From Takakia lepidozioides (Eukaryota > Plantae > Bryophyta), in the NCBI GenBank assembly GCA_030704615.1, contig CM060734.1:2108001-2172000 (forward strand): DNA of 64,000 bases. The letters are read 5' to 3'. This document shows positions 11,156-23,843 of this stretch, piece by piece. The stretch's first letter is position 1. Each line of letters opens with the position of its first letter. The translations under genes and the position numbers were made by a program. The notes under the pieces are model-generated. The model was not told the origin of the DNA. It was given only the letters and a program-made list of their open reading frames with translations, and did not search any database.

Positions 11156-13912
11156 CTGCTTCCACTTTCTCTCCAAAGGAGGGTGGAGAAACGAGACGAA
11201 TTGGACTGGCACAACCCATCATCCATTCATTGTCTCCAGCCAAGCTCCTGTGGGTACTTTCAAGTACGCACATTGCAAAGAACCACCGACGTGCATGTCC
11301 ATGTGCAGAGCCAAGCAATATTACGTAATCCATTTGCTCCCAGACTTGACTAGAGCTTGCATACACGTTGGGGTCCACTGTCACCCCTTGGCGAGAGGCA
11401 ACATGCGGGAGGCTGTGCAGGAAGCACACGACATCATAAAAGAGGAGGTGAAATTGAACCCCGGAGCCAGATCAAAGCAGATTCAGCTGAAGGCAGCCGA
11501 CCAGATTGCTCTTGGCAAAATCATGTCTGAAGATGGTTTAGACCGAGTGCCCTTGAACGAAGAGGAGATGCTTGACCTATTGGAGTCCGTTTCGCACGTT
11601 TGTAGTCCGAATGTGTGAAATCACATCGTATCTTGCAAGCAGGAGTTTGGCCGGGGGTCGGACATGCACTCAATCCTGGAGGTGAAACAAATGACTGGAT
11701 ATGACTACATCCAAGGTAGCAAGTTTCCAGGGCCAGGCAGCGAATCCGATCGTTGTTACATTTTTAAAATGTCGACGTGTGGGCCTGGGAGTGGAGTCGA
11801 CTTGGTCACTCGCATGACAACTGGAAACTTGTCGAATGCTTGGGTGATGTTTTATCACATTAAGTGAATTACAAACCATCAGTGGGTGACTATGGGTGCG
11901 CATGTTTATGACTATCACTCCAAGAGGCTCATGACGATTGCAATCTGCGAGATGAAAGGGGAGGACACATAGTCGGAGATGCATCTGTGGGAGGGCATAA
12001 ACGAGCAGATGGCAAGGGCGGGTTTGCCAGAGCCCAATTTCAGGGGATTCATGGCAGACAACGCTCAGGCCAACTGGGCAGCGGTGCGGCGTGTGTACGG
12101 TGAGGACCCCAATGTTCCAATGGAGGGGAAAGAGAGATCATGTGGATTCCATTGGATGCAGAGTCTATCTCACTACACTACCAAATTTGTTGCTAGCTCA
12201 TTCCAGGCTGAACACCGTGTCCTTTGTACGGCGTGGAAAGATGCACCCACATTTGATGATGCGGAGGTAAAGTTTGCTATCATCAAGGCTTGGTGGAACA
12301 CGTCAAGTGCAGTGGAGACAACCAATCTGGGAGTCTTGCACAGCTGGTTGGGGTGGTGGCATTTTTGGTATCGACAGTTTGGACAGTACATGCGGGAGGT
12401 ATGATGCCAGACTTTTCTTGCAATTGTCGTTCTATTACGGACCTTTGCATTGGTCCCTCACCATTGTTTCTGTCCTTGTAGGAGCGGTGCTTGGATTCCG
12501 ACACGGACATGCCGAACACGAATATGGCAGAATCAGTCCACTCCTCCTAGCGAGCGTCTTCTGCCGCACATCTGGTGGACGTGGTGACGGCCACAATGGA
12601 GGACATTGACAGAGCAATCATGCAGCAAGCCACGTACTACAAGTTCCTGAGCGGGAAACAATGGGGCTTTGGGCCGGACAGGGAGGAATTGTTGGTACGA
12701 ATAGCTTCGAGGTCGAAGAATCCACTGAAATGGGCGACAACATTGCGAGAGAAGATCAAAGGGACGCCTCTGCACCGCAGAGGCGAACACCTAGAGGGGG
12801 ACGTCCGTACTCGCCATGTGAGGCGGAGGATTGAAGAGGAACCCCGGTGCAAAGAGGATTCCTGGAGATCCGACAGGAACATTCGGACAGCACCTCGAGG
12901 TCCCGTCATGTTGCCGCACAATGTGTCTTCCAGCAGTGGAAGCCCAAGAAATTCCAGATCGCCATCGCCTTCAAGCAGGGATTCCGTGCGAGAAATTCCC
13001 ACCGCTCGCTTGCCCCAGATTCTGCCCGCTGTTATGCAGTATGGCCAAGCCATTGTGGAGACGACTGTGTCTGCGTCACAGTGGAGAATTGCTCGCACAA
13101 AGCCGGCGTTTCGAGGCAGGTGTTCCGCAATTTGAGTGGATACACGGCAACGTTGTTTAGAGATGATAAGGAGGAATCCAAATGGGGCTGTCCCTGCTCC
13201 TACTTTTACAGGAATATTTGTCCATGCAAAGTTTGCGGAGGCGACAACCACCCAGTTCTGGTTCTGCAGGCACGACATTATGACTTGCGTGTATGGAAAG
13301 CCCAAGTACGGCATACAAACAATGCCAGAGGCTCCCCCGGTGTGGCCGGTGGAACCAGGCTGCGATCTGAGTCAGGTTGAGGCCGACGCCCTTACTGCCG
13401 CAGGATTTCGGATGGTGCAACGCACTGGCGTCCCCAGACAACCATTTCCGCTTCCACAGCCTCCACCACTGACCCCTGTGAGAGCAAGAACAATGGGACG
13501 CGACAGCTCTAAGCATCCTACACACCGTTGGGGGAAACCGAAGAGGCGGCGACCTCCCTCAAAAGTGAACGAGACAAGGATGGGGAATGCACTTCAGATG
13601 AACTGTACAATCCAGAGCTCGACAGAAGTGCCCCCACCAGGCTTCGGGCGTGTGTATCAGATGGCCACGGCAGGCTCAGCTATTTGCAATGTGGTCTACA
13701 CCATCACCATTTCAGAATTACCCACCTGCAATTGCACCGACTTCTAGATCATGGCGAACAAGGGGACATCATACTTCCCTTGCAAGCATCTGTACTACAT
13801 GTGCCTAAAGAGACTTCGGTGTAATTCCACAACTCATCACTTCATACATGCACCAGGGTTGAGCCCCCAAGAGGTGCACACTCTTCTGAATATGGATCCA
13901 TGGGACCAGTGA
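11155..13912 (+). pseudogene. MULE DDE/SWIM transposase, copy A (5'-deleted, several premature stops)
   Basis: FMADNA, SCGFHW, TNMAESVH, PTCNCTDF..PCKHL; in-frame stops relative to copy C; intron ~12399-12481. Confidence 0.92.
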
Positions 13913-14740
13913 GCTTGGCTTGCGGTCCCCACACAATGGTACGCCCCCTTTTCGGATAGTAGAACTGTACTGCTGCAAGTACCTCTGACTCTGGCCGCAG
14001 AAAGGTCCGACTTATGTCTTGCCTACCAGTAACCTGTTTTGCTCAAACTAAGATAATACTATGTCATTCACTTGTGTTTCCACGTGCTTGTATTTTTGTT
14101 TATTGGAGGGTTCATGTTTTTCTGCTCTCCCAAACTTTGCTTTCCTCATTCGACCCCCGGCAAGGAAATGCGGCGCCGCATTTCCAAGTAACGTCGTAGG
14201 TACTAGTAGATGCGGCCTTCGTCATAGCAAGATAGTCGCACCGAGCCTTCAGGGAGCCGACCGTCGCCAACACCAAACCGCCCAAAAATTTCACACGTGC
14301 GAACCCTAATGCGGCACCGCATTTCCCAGTTGAGTCGCAAACCTTTCCCGCCGAATACCCGAAGATGACAGAATTGTGAAGTACTGCAGACTCTATTGGT
14401 GCAGACTCTATTGGTTCAATCGCGGCAAAAGGGTCAGCTTCATTCCAATGTTAAGGCATGTAAAACCGCGGAATACTCTATACAGGCCAGTATGCGACGT
14501 CCTTTTGCCGTGGTATACTGGATTTCTCGTTGCACGGTCACTCATTTCCATGAGCGGATCTAAGAAACCATGAGCGGACTTGTTACTGACAACATATCTT
14601 TGCCGCATTAGAGGATCTGGAACTTCCAAAAACGGCAAGGTCAAATAAAACTATTATTTTAATACTTGTTTAATCTGCCGCATTTCCAAATTTGGAGGAG
14701 TCCGCTCATGAAATCCGCGTGTCTTAGACTTCGGCTCCCC

Positions 14741-14806
14741 GCTCATGCGGCTCATGCGGCTCATGGCTCATGGCTCATGGTTTTTGCTCATGAAATAGTA
14801 AACCTC
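14741..14806 (-). repeat. MULE terminus GAGGTTTACTATTTCATGAGC with tandem CATGAGC(CG) subterminal motifs
   Basis: Identity with copies B and C stops exactly at this base; flanked by CGAACCTGA (reverse complement TCAGGTTCG). Confidence 0.9.
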
Positions 14807-17800
14807 CGAACCTGATATAGAATTGTGCCCTGTCTCAGGAGCCTGGAGAGGTTCTTTTTGGAGTCCCCAAAGTCTGGCGTCCAACAGATCACTGTCGTTA
14901 GACAGCACCACCAGGTTCCGCCTACTCATTGTTGCTGCAAGCATGGAGTTCTAGGCTGTCCCTGCTGTTAGATCTACCACTCTCCCATTCTCTGAGCTGC
15001 ACGCAAGTAGTATCGTCTAGTAGAATGCAAGTGACTTCTCCAGCAAACCTCAAAATGAGATGTTGCCATTTTTTGTCAAATGCTTCAACTCTGTTGTTGA
15101 ATAGCAGATCATGATGCACGGGGTCCACATCCATGTCCACTTCCATCGATTCGCTGCGGAGAGTAAAATCTGATTTCTCCTTCTCGAGGGAAAATGCAAA
15201 GAATACTCTGGTCTATGAACAGAACTAGATGTCAGTGAGCTGAAACAAACATCCCATCGGTGTCTTGCAGAAAAGCACATGGACAAAGACTATACACTGG
15301 TATTTCGATATTTCTTACCTGATCTGTGGCATTGGCCATGAGGGGGAGGTGGTTTACGCATGTCCACTTCTTCTTCATGACTTTGAAGGATGTCTTCATC
15401 ATGGCAGTCCGAACTTCCTGCTCGGTTCAGTTGTCGCCCTTTGTGAACAGCACAATACATCCACTGTCATGTACGAGCTTCCCAGCCAGAGACAGAGCAT
15501 GCAATATGTCCTTCGTAGATTTCTCATTCCATTTCGGGATGCCAACGCCTCCTGTTTCCTGCACTGGAGTGCCGTGAGGGATATCAGCAATGAGGAGGTC
15601 CACTACCTCATTTCTGCATCCAGTCCATTGATTTCCGAGAAATCTCCCTGCAAAACAGATTTTATCCACTTGTCAAGCTGCTTCTTCTCTGAGGGCCACT
15701 CACCACTTGTCTTCCCATCGACCATTCTAATGTAATCTGCATGGATGCAAGTCACCACAGTCGAGTATGGGATATTATTTCCAATCTTCTTGGCCGCGAA
15801 GGGCTTTTTCCTAGCCGTGAAGAGCTCTTTCTTGTTTGCAGACTGGAGGTGGAGCCGGCTGAACTGCTCCTCGGCTCCGGGGCCCCCACGAAGCCCCATC
15901 AAACTTGCATCCCCCATGGAGGCATCTGCGCTTGGCGTCCTACTCCCTGGACTGCCTCCAGCAGTCGTCTTCAACGCCTTGCTGGCCTTGTCCTTCTTCT
16001 TTGCCCCCGCTGTTGCTGCCCTTTGCCTTGAGAGCAGGGGGTCGGGACACTAGAGGGGCTGCCCCTGTGGTGGGGGCAGTGGCAACAATAGGTATGGGGG
16101 TTGAAGCACCCTTGAGTGCCCAATTCACTCAAGGAGGCGGAGGCGCTCACTAGGTGGAGCCCCACACACCGGGTTGCGGTGGGGGTGGTTCCACGAGGGG
16201 TGGTGGTAGCTTAATGGGTCTTAGTGGGGGTGGCATAGGACTCACCATGGGGCTGAGACCTTGTGGTGGGAGTCGTGGGGAGTCTTGGGACTCATCACGG
16301 TCCATTGGGGCCGTGGTGGGTGGGCCAAGACTCACCGTGACTCATCACCGGGAATCAAGGGTCTTCGTGGTGGTTTGTCATAAAAGGATTGTGTTGTTTG
16401 TGAAACCCCCACGGACAGTCACAAAAGTATATATAGAGAGTAGTAACCCCAAGAACGGTGCAAGCCCGTTGGTGACCAAAAATTAGTGAGTAAGCGTGCG
16501 AGCCGGAAAGCGACCAAGGTGTGGGGAGCTGTTTCGGACTGCCAACAACCAAAGGGAATTTCCACTAGGCCCAAAGTGTGCAAGGGTCTCGTGGAGGAGC
16601 AAAGGGGGACCGTTATGCCCCGATGAGCAGCCGAAGCTCCGAGTTGGCCCGGCGGCCAGTTTGGGAGTTAGGCGCGCGCATCAAAGCAAGTAACTACGAC
16701 TTGAAGGAGAGTTTACCGGAGGGGCCTAAGGAACCCGACACCTTTGAGGGCGTCCAAAATCAGAAGGCACTCAACATCAGGCTCCTGGAGCTAGAGCAGT
16801 ACTTCCGGGCAGCCAAGTTGAGTGACGAGGATTGGGTGGAAGTGGTACCCACCTATTTGAGGGGTTATGTTCAACAATGGTGGCAGAAACGTCTTCAGGA
16901 CCAAAGGCCAAACGGAGAGACCTTGAGCTGGAGTGGGTTCAAGGAACTAATGAAGAAACAGTTCTTGCCCCTCAACGCGTCCTGGCTCGCCCGGGTCAAG
17001 ATGAGAAATTTGAAGCAAATGGATGATATTCGAGGATATGGCTTTCAATGTGCTACTGCTCGAAGTCGTGGATATGGCGGAACCAGAAATGGTCTTCAAT
17101 TTTGTGGCGGGACTGGCCCCATGGGCCAAGCGGAAGTTGGAGGAGAGGCCACCAAAGACTTTGAACGAGAATGTTTCTCGGATGTCCCTAGGGGCGAAAG
17201 ACAAGGCCGTACGGAGCTGAACCACAAGAAGGCCCGACGGGAGGGTCCTTCATGACACCGGCAACGGCACGGAAGCTGGGGCTCCCGACAAGTGATGTGG
17301 GGGCCTGAAGTGCGTTCTGACAAAGGAGAACCACAACTGGCGACGAGGTTGGCGTTCAATGTTCCTCTTCAGCTAGGGAGTTGGGAGGGACGTGAGAACT
17401 TCAACATTTGCGAGATCGATGGAGTAGATCTCATTTTGGGGATGACCTTTTTGAGCAAATCCGGAGCGGTCATAGATGGCCGCAAAAGAATAGTCACGCT
17501 ACCATGTGGGAATGGTGGCGAAGTTTTACGGGTGTCGGAAATGCCCAACCGAGTGGGAGGGCGAATAAACCAGCTGACAGCAAATGAGATGGGCCATGGA
17601 GGAGCCACACGAACCCCAGTTTTTACTTAACGTGAGACAAGTGGAAGGAGAAGTCGATAGGGAGCCGAGCCCAGATTGGATCAAGGGGATCCTGGAGAAA
17701 TACCAGGATGTCGCGGCCCTTTGCCTTGAGGGCAGGGGGTCGGAACACAAGAGGGGCTGCTCCTGTGGTGGGGGCAGTGGCAGTGATAGGTATGGGGGGG

Positions 17801-20800
17801 CTGAAGCACCCTTGAGTGCCCAAGACACTCAAGGAGGCAGAGGCGCTCACTAGGTGGAGCCCCACACACCGGGTTGTGGTGGGGGTGGCTCCACAAGGGG
17901 TGGTGGTAGCTTAGCGGGACTTAGTGGGGGTGGCATAGGACTCACCCTGGGGCGGAGACCTCGTGGTGGGAGTCGTGGGGAGTCTTGGGACTCATCACGG
18001 TCCATAGGGGTCGTGGTGGGTGGGCCAAGACTCACCGCGACTCATCACCGGGAGTCGAGGGCGTTCGTGGTGGTTCGCCATAAAATGGCATGGTTGTTTG
18101 TGAAACCCCCGCGGACAGCTACAGAAGTATATATAGGGAGTAGTAACCCCAAGAACGGTGCCAGCCCGTTGGTGACCAAAAACTAGTGAGTAAGCGAGCG
18201 AGCCGGAAAGCGACCAAAGAGTGGGGAGCTGTTCCGGACTGCCAACTACCAAAGGGAATTCCGCTGGTTTCAAATCGTTGGAGGGTTCTTTGGGAGATGA
18301 AAGGGGGACCATTATGCCCCGGTGAGCAGCCGGAGCTCCAAGTTGGCCCGGCGGCCAGGTTGGGAGTTAGGTGCGCGCATCAAGCGAGTAACTATGACTT
18401 GAGGGAGAGCTTACCAAAGTGAGGTGCGCGACACGAGGGGTGGTGGTAGCTTAGTTGGTCTTAGTGGGGGTGGCATAGGACTCACCATGGGGCTGAGACC
18501 TTGTGGTGGGAGTCGTGGGGAGTCTTGGGACTCATCACGGTCCATTGGGGCCGTGGTGGGTGGGCCAAGACTCACCGCGACTCATCACCGGGAATCAAGG
18601 GTCTTCGTGGTGGTTCGCCATAAAAGGATTGTGTTGTTTGTGAAACCCCCGTGGACAGTCACAGAAGTATATATAGAGAGTAGTAACCCCGAGAACGGTG
18701 CAAGCCCGTTGGTGACCAAAAACTAGTGAGTAAGCGTGCGAGCCGGAAAGCGACCAAGGTGTGGGGAGCTGTTCCGGACTATGGAGGGAGGTGCGCGACA
18801 CCCACCCGTCGAGCTTTGGCCTTTGCTTCCTTCTGAGTCACTTGTTGCTCATCATTTTGACGGAGCCGCTCTGCCTCAGCTACATTTGCTAGGACTGTTG
18901 ACTGCCGAGCAGCCTCCTCGGCCCTTGCTTGCTCATCCAACTCTAATGATCCAGTTATTACAGCCTGTGCGTCCTCATACTCCTTCTTCTCTTCAGCTGG
19001 CAAATACCCTTCCTCCATGTCCAACCACTAGGGACAATTCGCATAAACGTGGCCCTTATACAATCTCAATTGCTCATCGTTGTAGATAGTTGTCCCCAAC
19101 AAATCGCTCACAGCAACTTCTTCTCTCCATGGAGGTACCTGTGGATGTACTTGTTCGGTAGAAGGGATGTGGGATTAGAGACACGGGGAAGGGAATCAAT
19201 GTTATACCACCGATGAATTGGGTGTTCCAAAGATTTACCTAAAACACATACGTTTTGAAGGCCGAAGACCTCCTGGTAGGTTTATGAATGGTTGCACACT
19301 CCGGCGCATGCCATCATGGTATTCCACATCAAACAGGTGATTCCAGTAATTCAATTTCCAGACGTTTAAGTACGATGGGAGGTCTTCCGCCTTCCCTGCA
19401 ATCTCAGGGAGGTAAATGCTCCCATTATCCTGGAGCTGTTCAAGCTGCCTCAATGCCTCCTCGATATTCTGCACACACGCGGGTAGTTTGTGAGGCTTAC
19501 TGTTTGGAGCCGAACCTTAGTCCGCAGAGCAAACGATAGGAGAAAGGAAACAAAGCAAGCATATGAAAATTAGGTCCACCATATTCTGCACAGAGGCTGG
19601 CCGCCAAAGAGGCTGACTGTTTGTTGCCGAACCTTAAATGCAAAAAAAAAAAAAAAACTTCAATACAAGCAAACACATTAAATTCACCTAATACCACAAG
19701 GTAGCCTTGTCACAGAATGCTGCAATGGCCTTGTCTGGAGGAGCAAGTGGAAAATGGTTTGACTTTCGGGAGTCGGTGTCCGAATTCCAAATCCTCAATC
19801 ATCTGCATTTCTTCGGGCCTGGAACCGCACTTGATGCAACCTGCTGCAGCTTCTCTAGCTGCATCGGCTTCTTTGATGGCCCACACTGCTGGTAGTGGGT
19901 GGCAATCTCGAAAAGAAACGCATCGGTGTGTGCAGGGTCATCGCATACTTTGCAAACCGGCTGGTCAGTAGTTTCCGATCCACGACACAGGCTTCTTCTA
20001 TCTTGGCTTGACAGTCGGCCTCCATATGTTTGTCTGCAGGAACATCCTCATAATACCTCTGTTGGGCTTGGTTCTTGGCCTTCTCAAGAGTGTCGGCCCC
20101 AATGTATTCGACAAGAGCTTACCCTTGTGAGAGTCATCCAACCGTCTCTCTTGCCCTTGCATTTCTCATAGATAACATGACTCAGGGCAGTCTAGAAGAA
20201 CTCTAGGGGGGTCTGTGAAGTCTTTCTGAAGAAATAGAGATGCTGATTCAGATTGTTGTGCACCCGTGCTTTCTGAGTTACCCTGCACACAAGCGGAGAT
20301 GACAGTCATGTGAAACCCTGTTTTGGAAGCAGTGCTACGCTAAAAAGCCGAAAAACAGTGTTCGTTCCAGAACAAGGGAGTGGGTAAACATGTTCAGAGT
20401 GTGAAACTTACACATTCATTCGTCTCATGGCCCGGAAAACCAACCCCATGTCGTGCTTCTTGATATCAAGCACGTAAGCCTTCACTCGGATGTGCCAATC
20501 GGCATCATTTTTGCGCTGCTGGTTGATAACAGCCATCCAGGCATACCATCTGTGGTTGCCACGTAGATGAACAAGTATTTTTCCTTGAGCCAATGCCAAT
20601 CTAGCCTCCTGTCAAGCTCCTGCTCAAATTAGGCATTGACGATCTTCCAATGTGAGTCCCACGCTGATTTATCCCTGTCTGTAACAAGACTCTCCTCACT
20701 GTTGTCATTCACAGGCACCAAAAGGAAGCCTGCCAAAGAATCACTATACCCATCATGTTCGAAGTATCCTTTGAGGAGGGCCACAACATTCTTATCCGAA

Positions 20801-21341
20801 GCCTGACAGCTGGCAGGGGCTTCATGCGGCAAAGAGGAACATAAGGAGAAAGAGACGGATACATCAAGTGACGAATGGAAGTGAAGGTATGCTTCTAGGC
20901 CCCGGCCTCCAGAGCTCTCTCCGCTTGAGTCTGCATCGACTGTGAAAAAGACATGTCGCCCACATTTGCCACCACATCGTCTCTTCATTTCGTCCTGAAC
21001 TCAGACATGTTAACGAGTGGGATGCTATCAAATGCCCATTTCTTCCCAAACTCAGGCAAGTGCAACGGGTCCCCGAGCTGTGCCATAAACAACGGGTTCT
21101 TTGAGACATAGTGAGCCTCTCCAAATGGCGTGCTCAGTTTCAGTAACTTTGTGGGAGTGACCTGCGAGCTCATCAAGAGCTCCTCTTCCTCTTTGTCTTC
21201 ATCAATGGGGTCATGAAGGATTCCCTTCCCAGTCTGAAGCTGCGGCAACCTTGTCGGGGACGCATCGCCCTCGTTTCCCACTGACCCGCTACGACCTTGC
21301 GAACTTGTGCTGCTCTTCTGCGATCTCGTCTTTGGAGCCAT
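14807..21341 (-). pseudogene. Family-2 ParB/Srx-like + beta-class amino-MTase cargo gene (degenerate, interrupted by LTR element 16011-18800)
   Basis: MAPKTRSQK start; WDSHW...GNHRWYAW (ParB-like, 20408-20830); CP*WLDMEEG matches CPWYLDMSGG of copy A; VDLLIADIPHG (motif IV-like); EKSLAFY*TILLACSSENGRVVDLTAGTA*NSMLAATMSRR (motifs X-I); removing the LTR element restores the frame AKAKARR-AG-AKKKDKASKALKTT. Confidence 0.78.
16011..18800 (+). mobile_element. Internally deleted chromovirus LTR retrotransposon with three LTR segments
   Basis: TG...CA ends; TSD CCCGC/CCCAC; LTR pieces 16011-~16720, 17709-18433 and 18434-18800; gag/protease remnants 16723-17708 match the 35135-42113 element. Confidence 0.9.
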
Positions 21342-21479
21342 ACGCCACAATGAAACGACAATCACAGCAATGGAGGCGGAGAGGGAGAGAGAGAGACAAC
21401 CTCGAGGAAGAGAACTGGTTGAGGGGAAAAGACATGAGTTCAGCCTGCTGGGCTGCAAATGAATGAAAACGTAACAACC

Positions 21480-23165
21480 CTGTGTCTGTTAAGACGGTCA
21501 TTGACGGAGAATGTTCAGCGCCGGACATTCATCCATTCCAGACATCTGAAATGACATCCCGCACGTGCCGCAACGTTTTTCCAACGTTCAAATCAAGACG
21601 AATGAAGACGGATGAAGGACGATGTTCATCTCGCGTGATGTTTTTCATCCACAGAGAAGGCAATGAATGTGCGATTTTCGCCGATAAACGTACGATTTTG
21701 GGCGATAAACGTACGGTTTGTGGCGATGGATTTCCCGGATCCAGGTCCATCCGTGCCCACCAATTATCATCTTGAATGACGGTTTGTTGCCGAACATTCA
21801 TCCATCACCCGCACGTGCTGCATGATGACGAAATTTGTCGTGGTTCATCCTTTATCATCCATCAGCATGAGACAATGCCGAACATTCATCGAGGTGCAGT
21901 ATTGACTTTCGCAGAATGGTAGCTACACCCAAAAATCTGGAAATATCGATTAAACCCAAACAATACCACCTATGACAAATTGATTTGCATGTTACGCTTG
22001 TCTCTATGAATTCATCATGTGGAGAGGCATTGCAACGGATGTTCGGTGCCGAACAACCACACAGGGTCAAACATCTATTCACGTTGGGGCCATGTGAGCC
22101 GTGACATATTACGAAACTTGTTGTCTGGGGCACTGAAAACCAATGAGTGTTCGGCAACGAACACCCAGATGGCTAAATCAAACCACCTAATTTCGTTCCA
22201 CCTTTGAAATTCCAAACTGCACCTGTTTGCAAGATTGATCATATAGAATCGTTGTTCGGTGTCGAACAGAATACATCATGCAACAAGTGAACTTTCATTG
22301 GCTAAATCAAACATCTAGTTTTGTTCCACCTTTGAAATTCCAAACTACACCTGTTTGCAAGATTGATAATATAGAATCGATGTTCGGTGCCGAACAAAAC
22401 ACATCATGCAACAAGTGAATCTCACAAGTATTGAAATGCTTTGGCTACAGCACGAGGCAGGTGGGGTGTAACACAGTCTAAGAATGGGTTATTTCTTCAC
22501 ATTCATCAGAATGGCGAATCCGTACTGCAAACATAGCAAACAAAAAAATGCACGATTGAAAACATACATTCCAAACTGCACCTATTTGCAAAATTGATAA
22601 TTTAGAATCGCTCTTCGGTGCCGAACAGAACACATCATGCAGCAAGTGAACCTCACAAATATTGAGGTGACAGCAGATTGGGCCAAACACATGCAGGATA
22701 TTTCAGTCAATATTTCAATTTGGTTCAGAGGTGACAAAACATTGGGCCAAGCACATGTACTAGGATGTTCCAGTCAAGTATGACGCCTCTCGAAGGGAGC
22801 GTAACTTATGGTGTCTCTTCACCACAAGGGCTACTGCCTTTTAGCTGAAAGGCGGACAGCTTCATGACACACCAGATCGTGGTTTGAACCCACAACCACA
22901 TCCAACGTGGTATGTGCCCATTACCACTGGGCTACATGTTGGTTGTTCCAGTCAAAATTTAAAGTTGACAAGGCGAACAAAGGACCTGCATGATGAAAAA
23001 CATATTTACAAAACTGCCAATTTTTGTAAGATTGATAAAATTCAGCAGCGCCGTTTGTTGCCGAACAGAACACATCATGCAGCATGTAAACCTCTGTACT
23101 ATTTAGTTGACAGCAGCTTGGGCTAAACACATGCAGGAACATCCTCGCTGTTTGGTGTCGAACAT
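21480..23165. repeat. Family-2 palindrome array (TGTTCGG-YR-CCGAACA) embedded in ~110-130 bp tandem units
   Basis: Perfect-arm copies at 22040 and 22381; degenerate copies at ~21511, 21781, 22148, 22253, 22612, 23052, 23148; lies upstream of the family-2 cargo gene, as the family-1 array does. Confidence 0.85.
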
Positions 23166-23228
23166 TAACAGAGGCCTGGAGAATGCACATCACAAACAGC
23201 TATCCTCCTTCCTAAACTTGCAAAATAA

Positions 23229-23843
23229 TCAATCAAAGGAGTATGTAGGCTCGACAATAGTGGCTCCCTCTTCTCCAACAAGTTTGATAATTTGCAGTGG
23301 TAGCCATCTCCAGCGTGGAACATTGCTGGATGACCTCTTCTGAATGTTCAATGTGCGGACGCCTTCACTCACGTGCGTGAAAAGATGCAGATATTCAAGC
23401 AGGCCAGATGAAAGTGTTTCCGTCGTACCGTCAAACTCCCGCACTTCAATGTCGTACCCAGTTTCGAGGTTCAGCAACGTCACAAGATGTTCCTGGGACC
23501 AAATGGCTGTTTGTTGGAGCCCCTCCCCAGCCCTTGGAAGGCAACAGACAGGGCAAAATGCGTGGGAGTCCTCCTGTACCATCTCCCCGACATAGCAAAT
23601 CATTCTGAAAACGTTAACAGTCCGGATGGTTGTGTTGTCCTTAACAACAATGACCCACTGTTGTCCCCGAGTTGGCCTATTCCAGTAAAGGTCCCAGAGC
23701 AAGACCCGGAAATTGAAATAGCATCGTGTGCGCTCATTGCAGTAGTCATCGAGCTCAACAACAATGTTTCCAGCTACAGGACTGTGAAGTGCACTATCTC
23801 GCCCTTCGATCCGAAGAGGGCAATCAACATGGTTACAAGTCAT
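23229..23843 (-). CDS. Hypothetical ORF (204 aa), function unknown
   Basis: Open frame with a globular-looking composition and CPVCC; no family recognised. Confidence 0.25.
   Translation of the reverse strand: MTCNHVDCPLRIEGRDSALHSPVAGNIVVELDDYCNERTRCYFNFRVLLWDLYWNRPTRGQQWVIVVKDNTTIRTVNVFRMICYVGEMVQEDSHAFCPVCCLPRAGEGLQQTAIWSQEHLVTLLNLETGYDIEVREFDGTTETLSSGLLEYLHLFTHVSEGVRTLNIQKRSSSNVPRWRWLPLQIIKLVGEEGATIVEPTYSFD

Larger units (their letters stand above)
4423..14806 (+). mobile_element. Mutator-like element, family 1, copy A (degenerate; left end not found)
   Basis: Colinear with copies B and C in inverted orientation: cargo gene, palindrome array, transposase, terminus ...gctcatgaaatagtaaacctc; left boundary approximate. 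Confidence 0.85.

Noticed and set aside
10411-11429. Repeat-containing ORFs (RKCGAAFP / NGNAAPHF / EMRYRIS) on both strands of the arrays
   Set aside because: They are translations of the palindrome; frames are not conserved among copies A, B and C.
16154-16486. 110-aa Gly-rich ORF recurring in LTR copies
   Set aside because: GC-rich LTR sequence with a GTG start; broken in the 35135 and 41387 LTRs.
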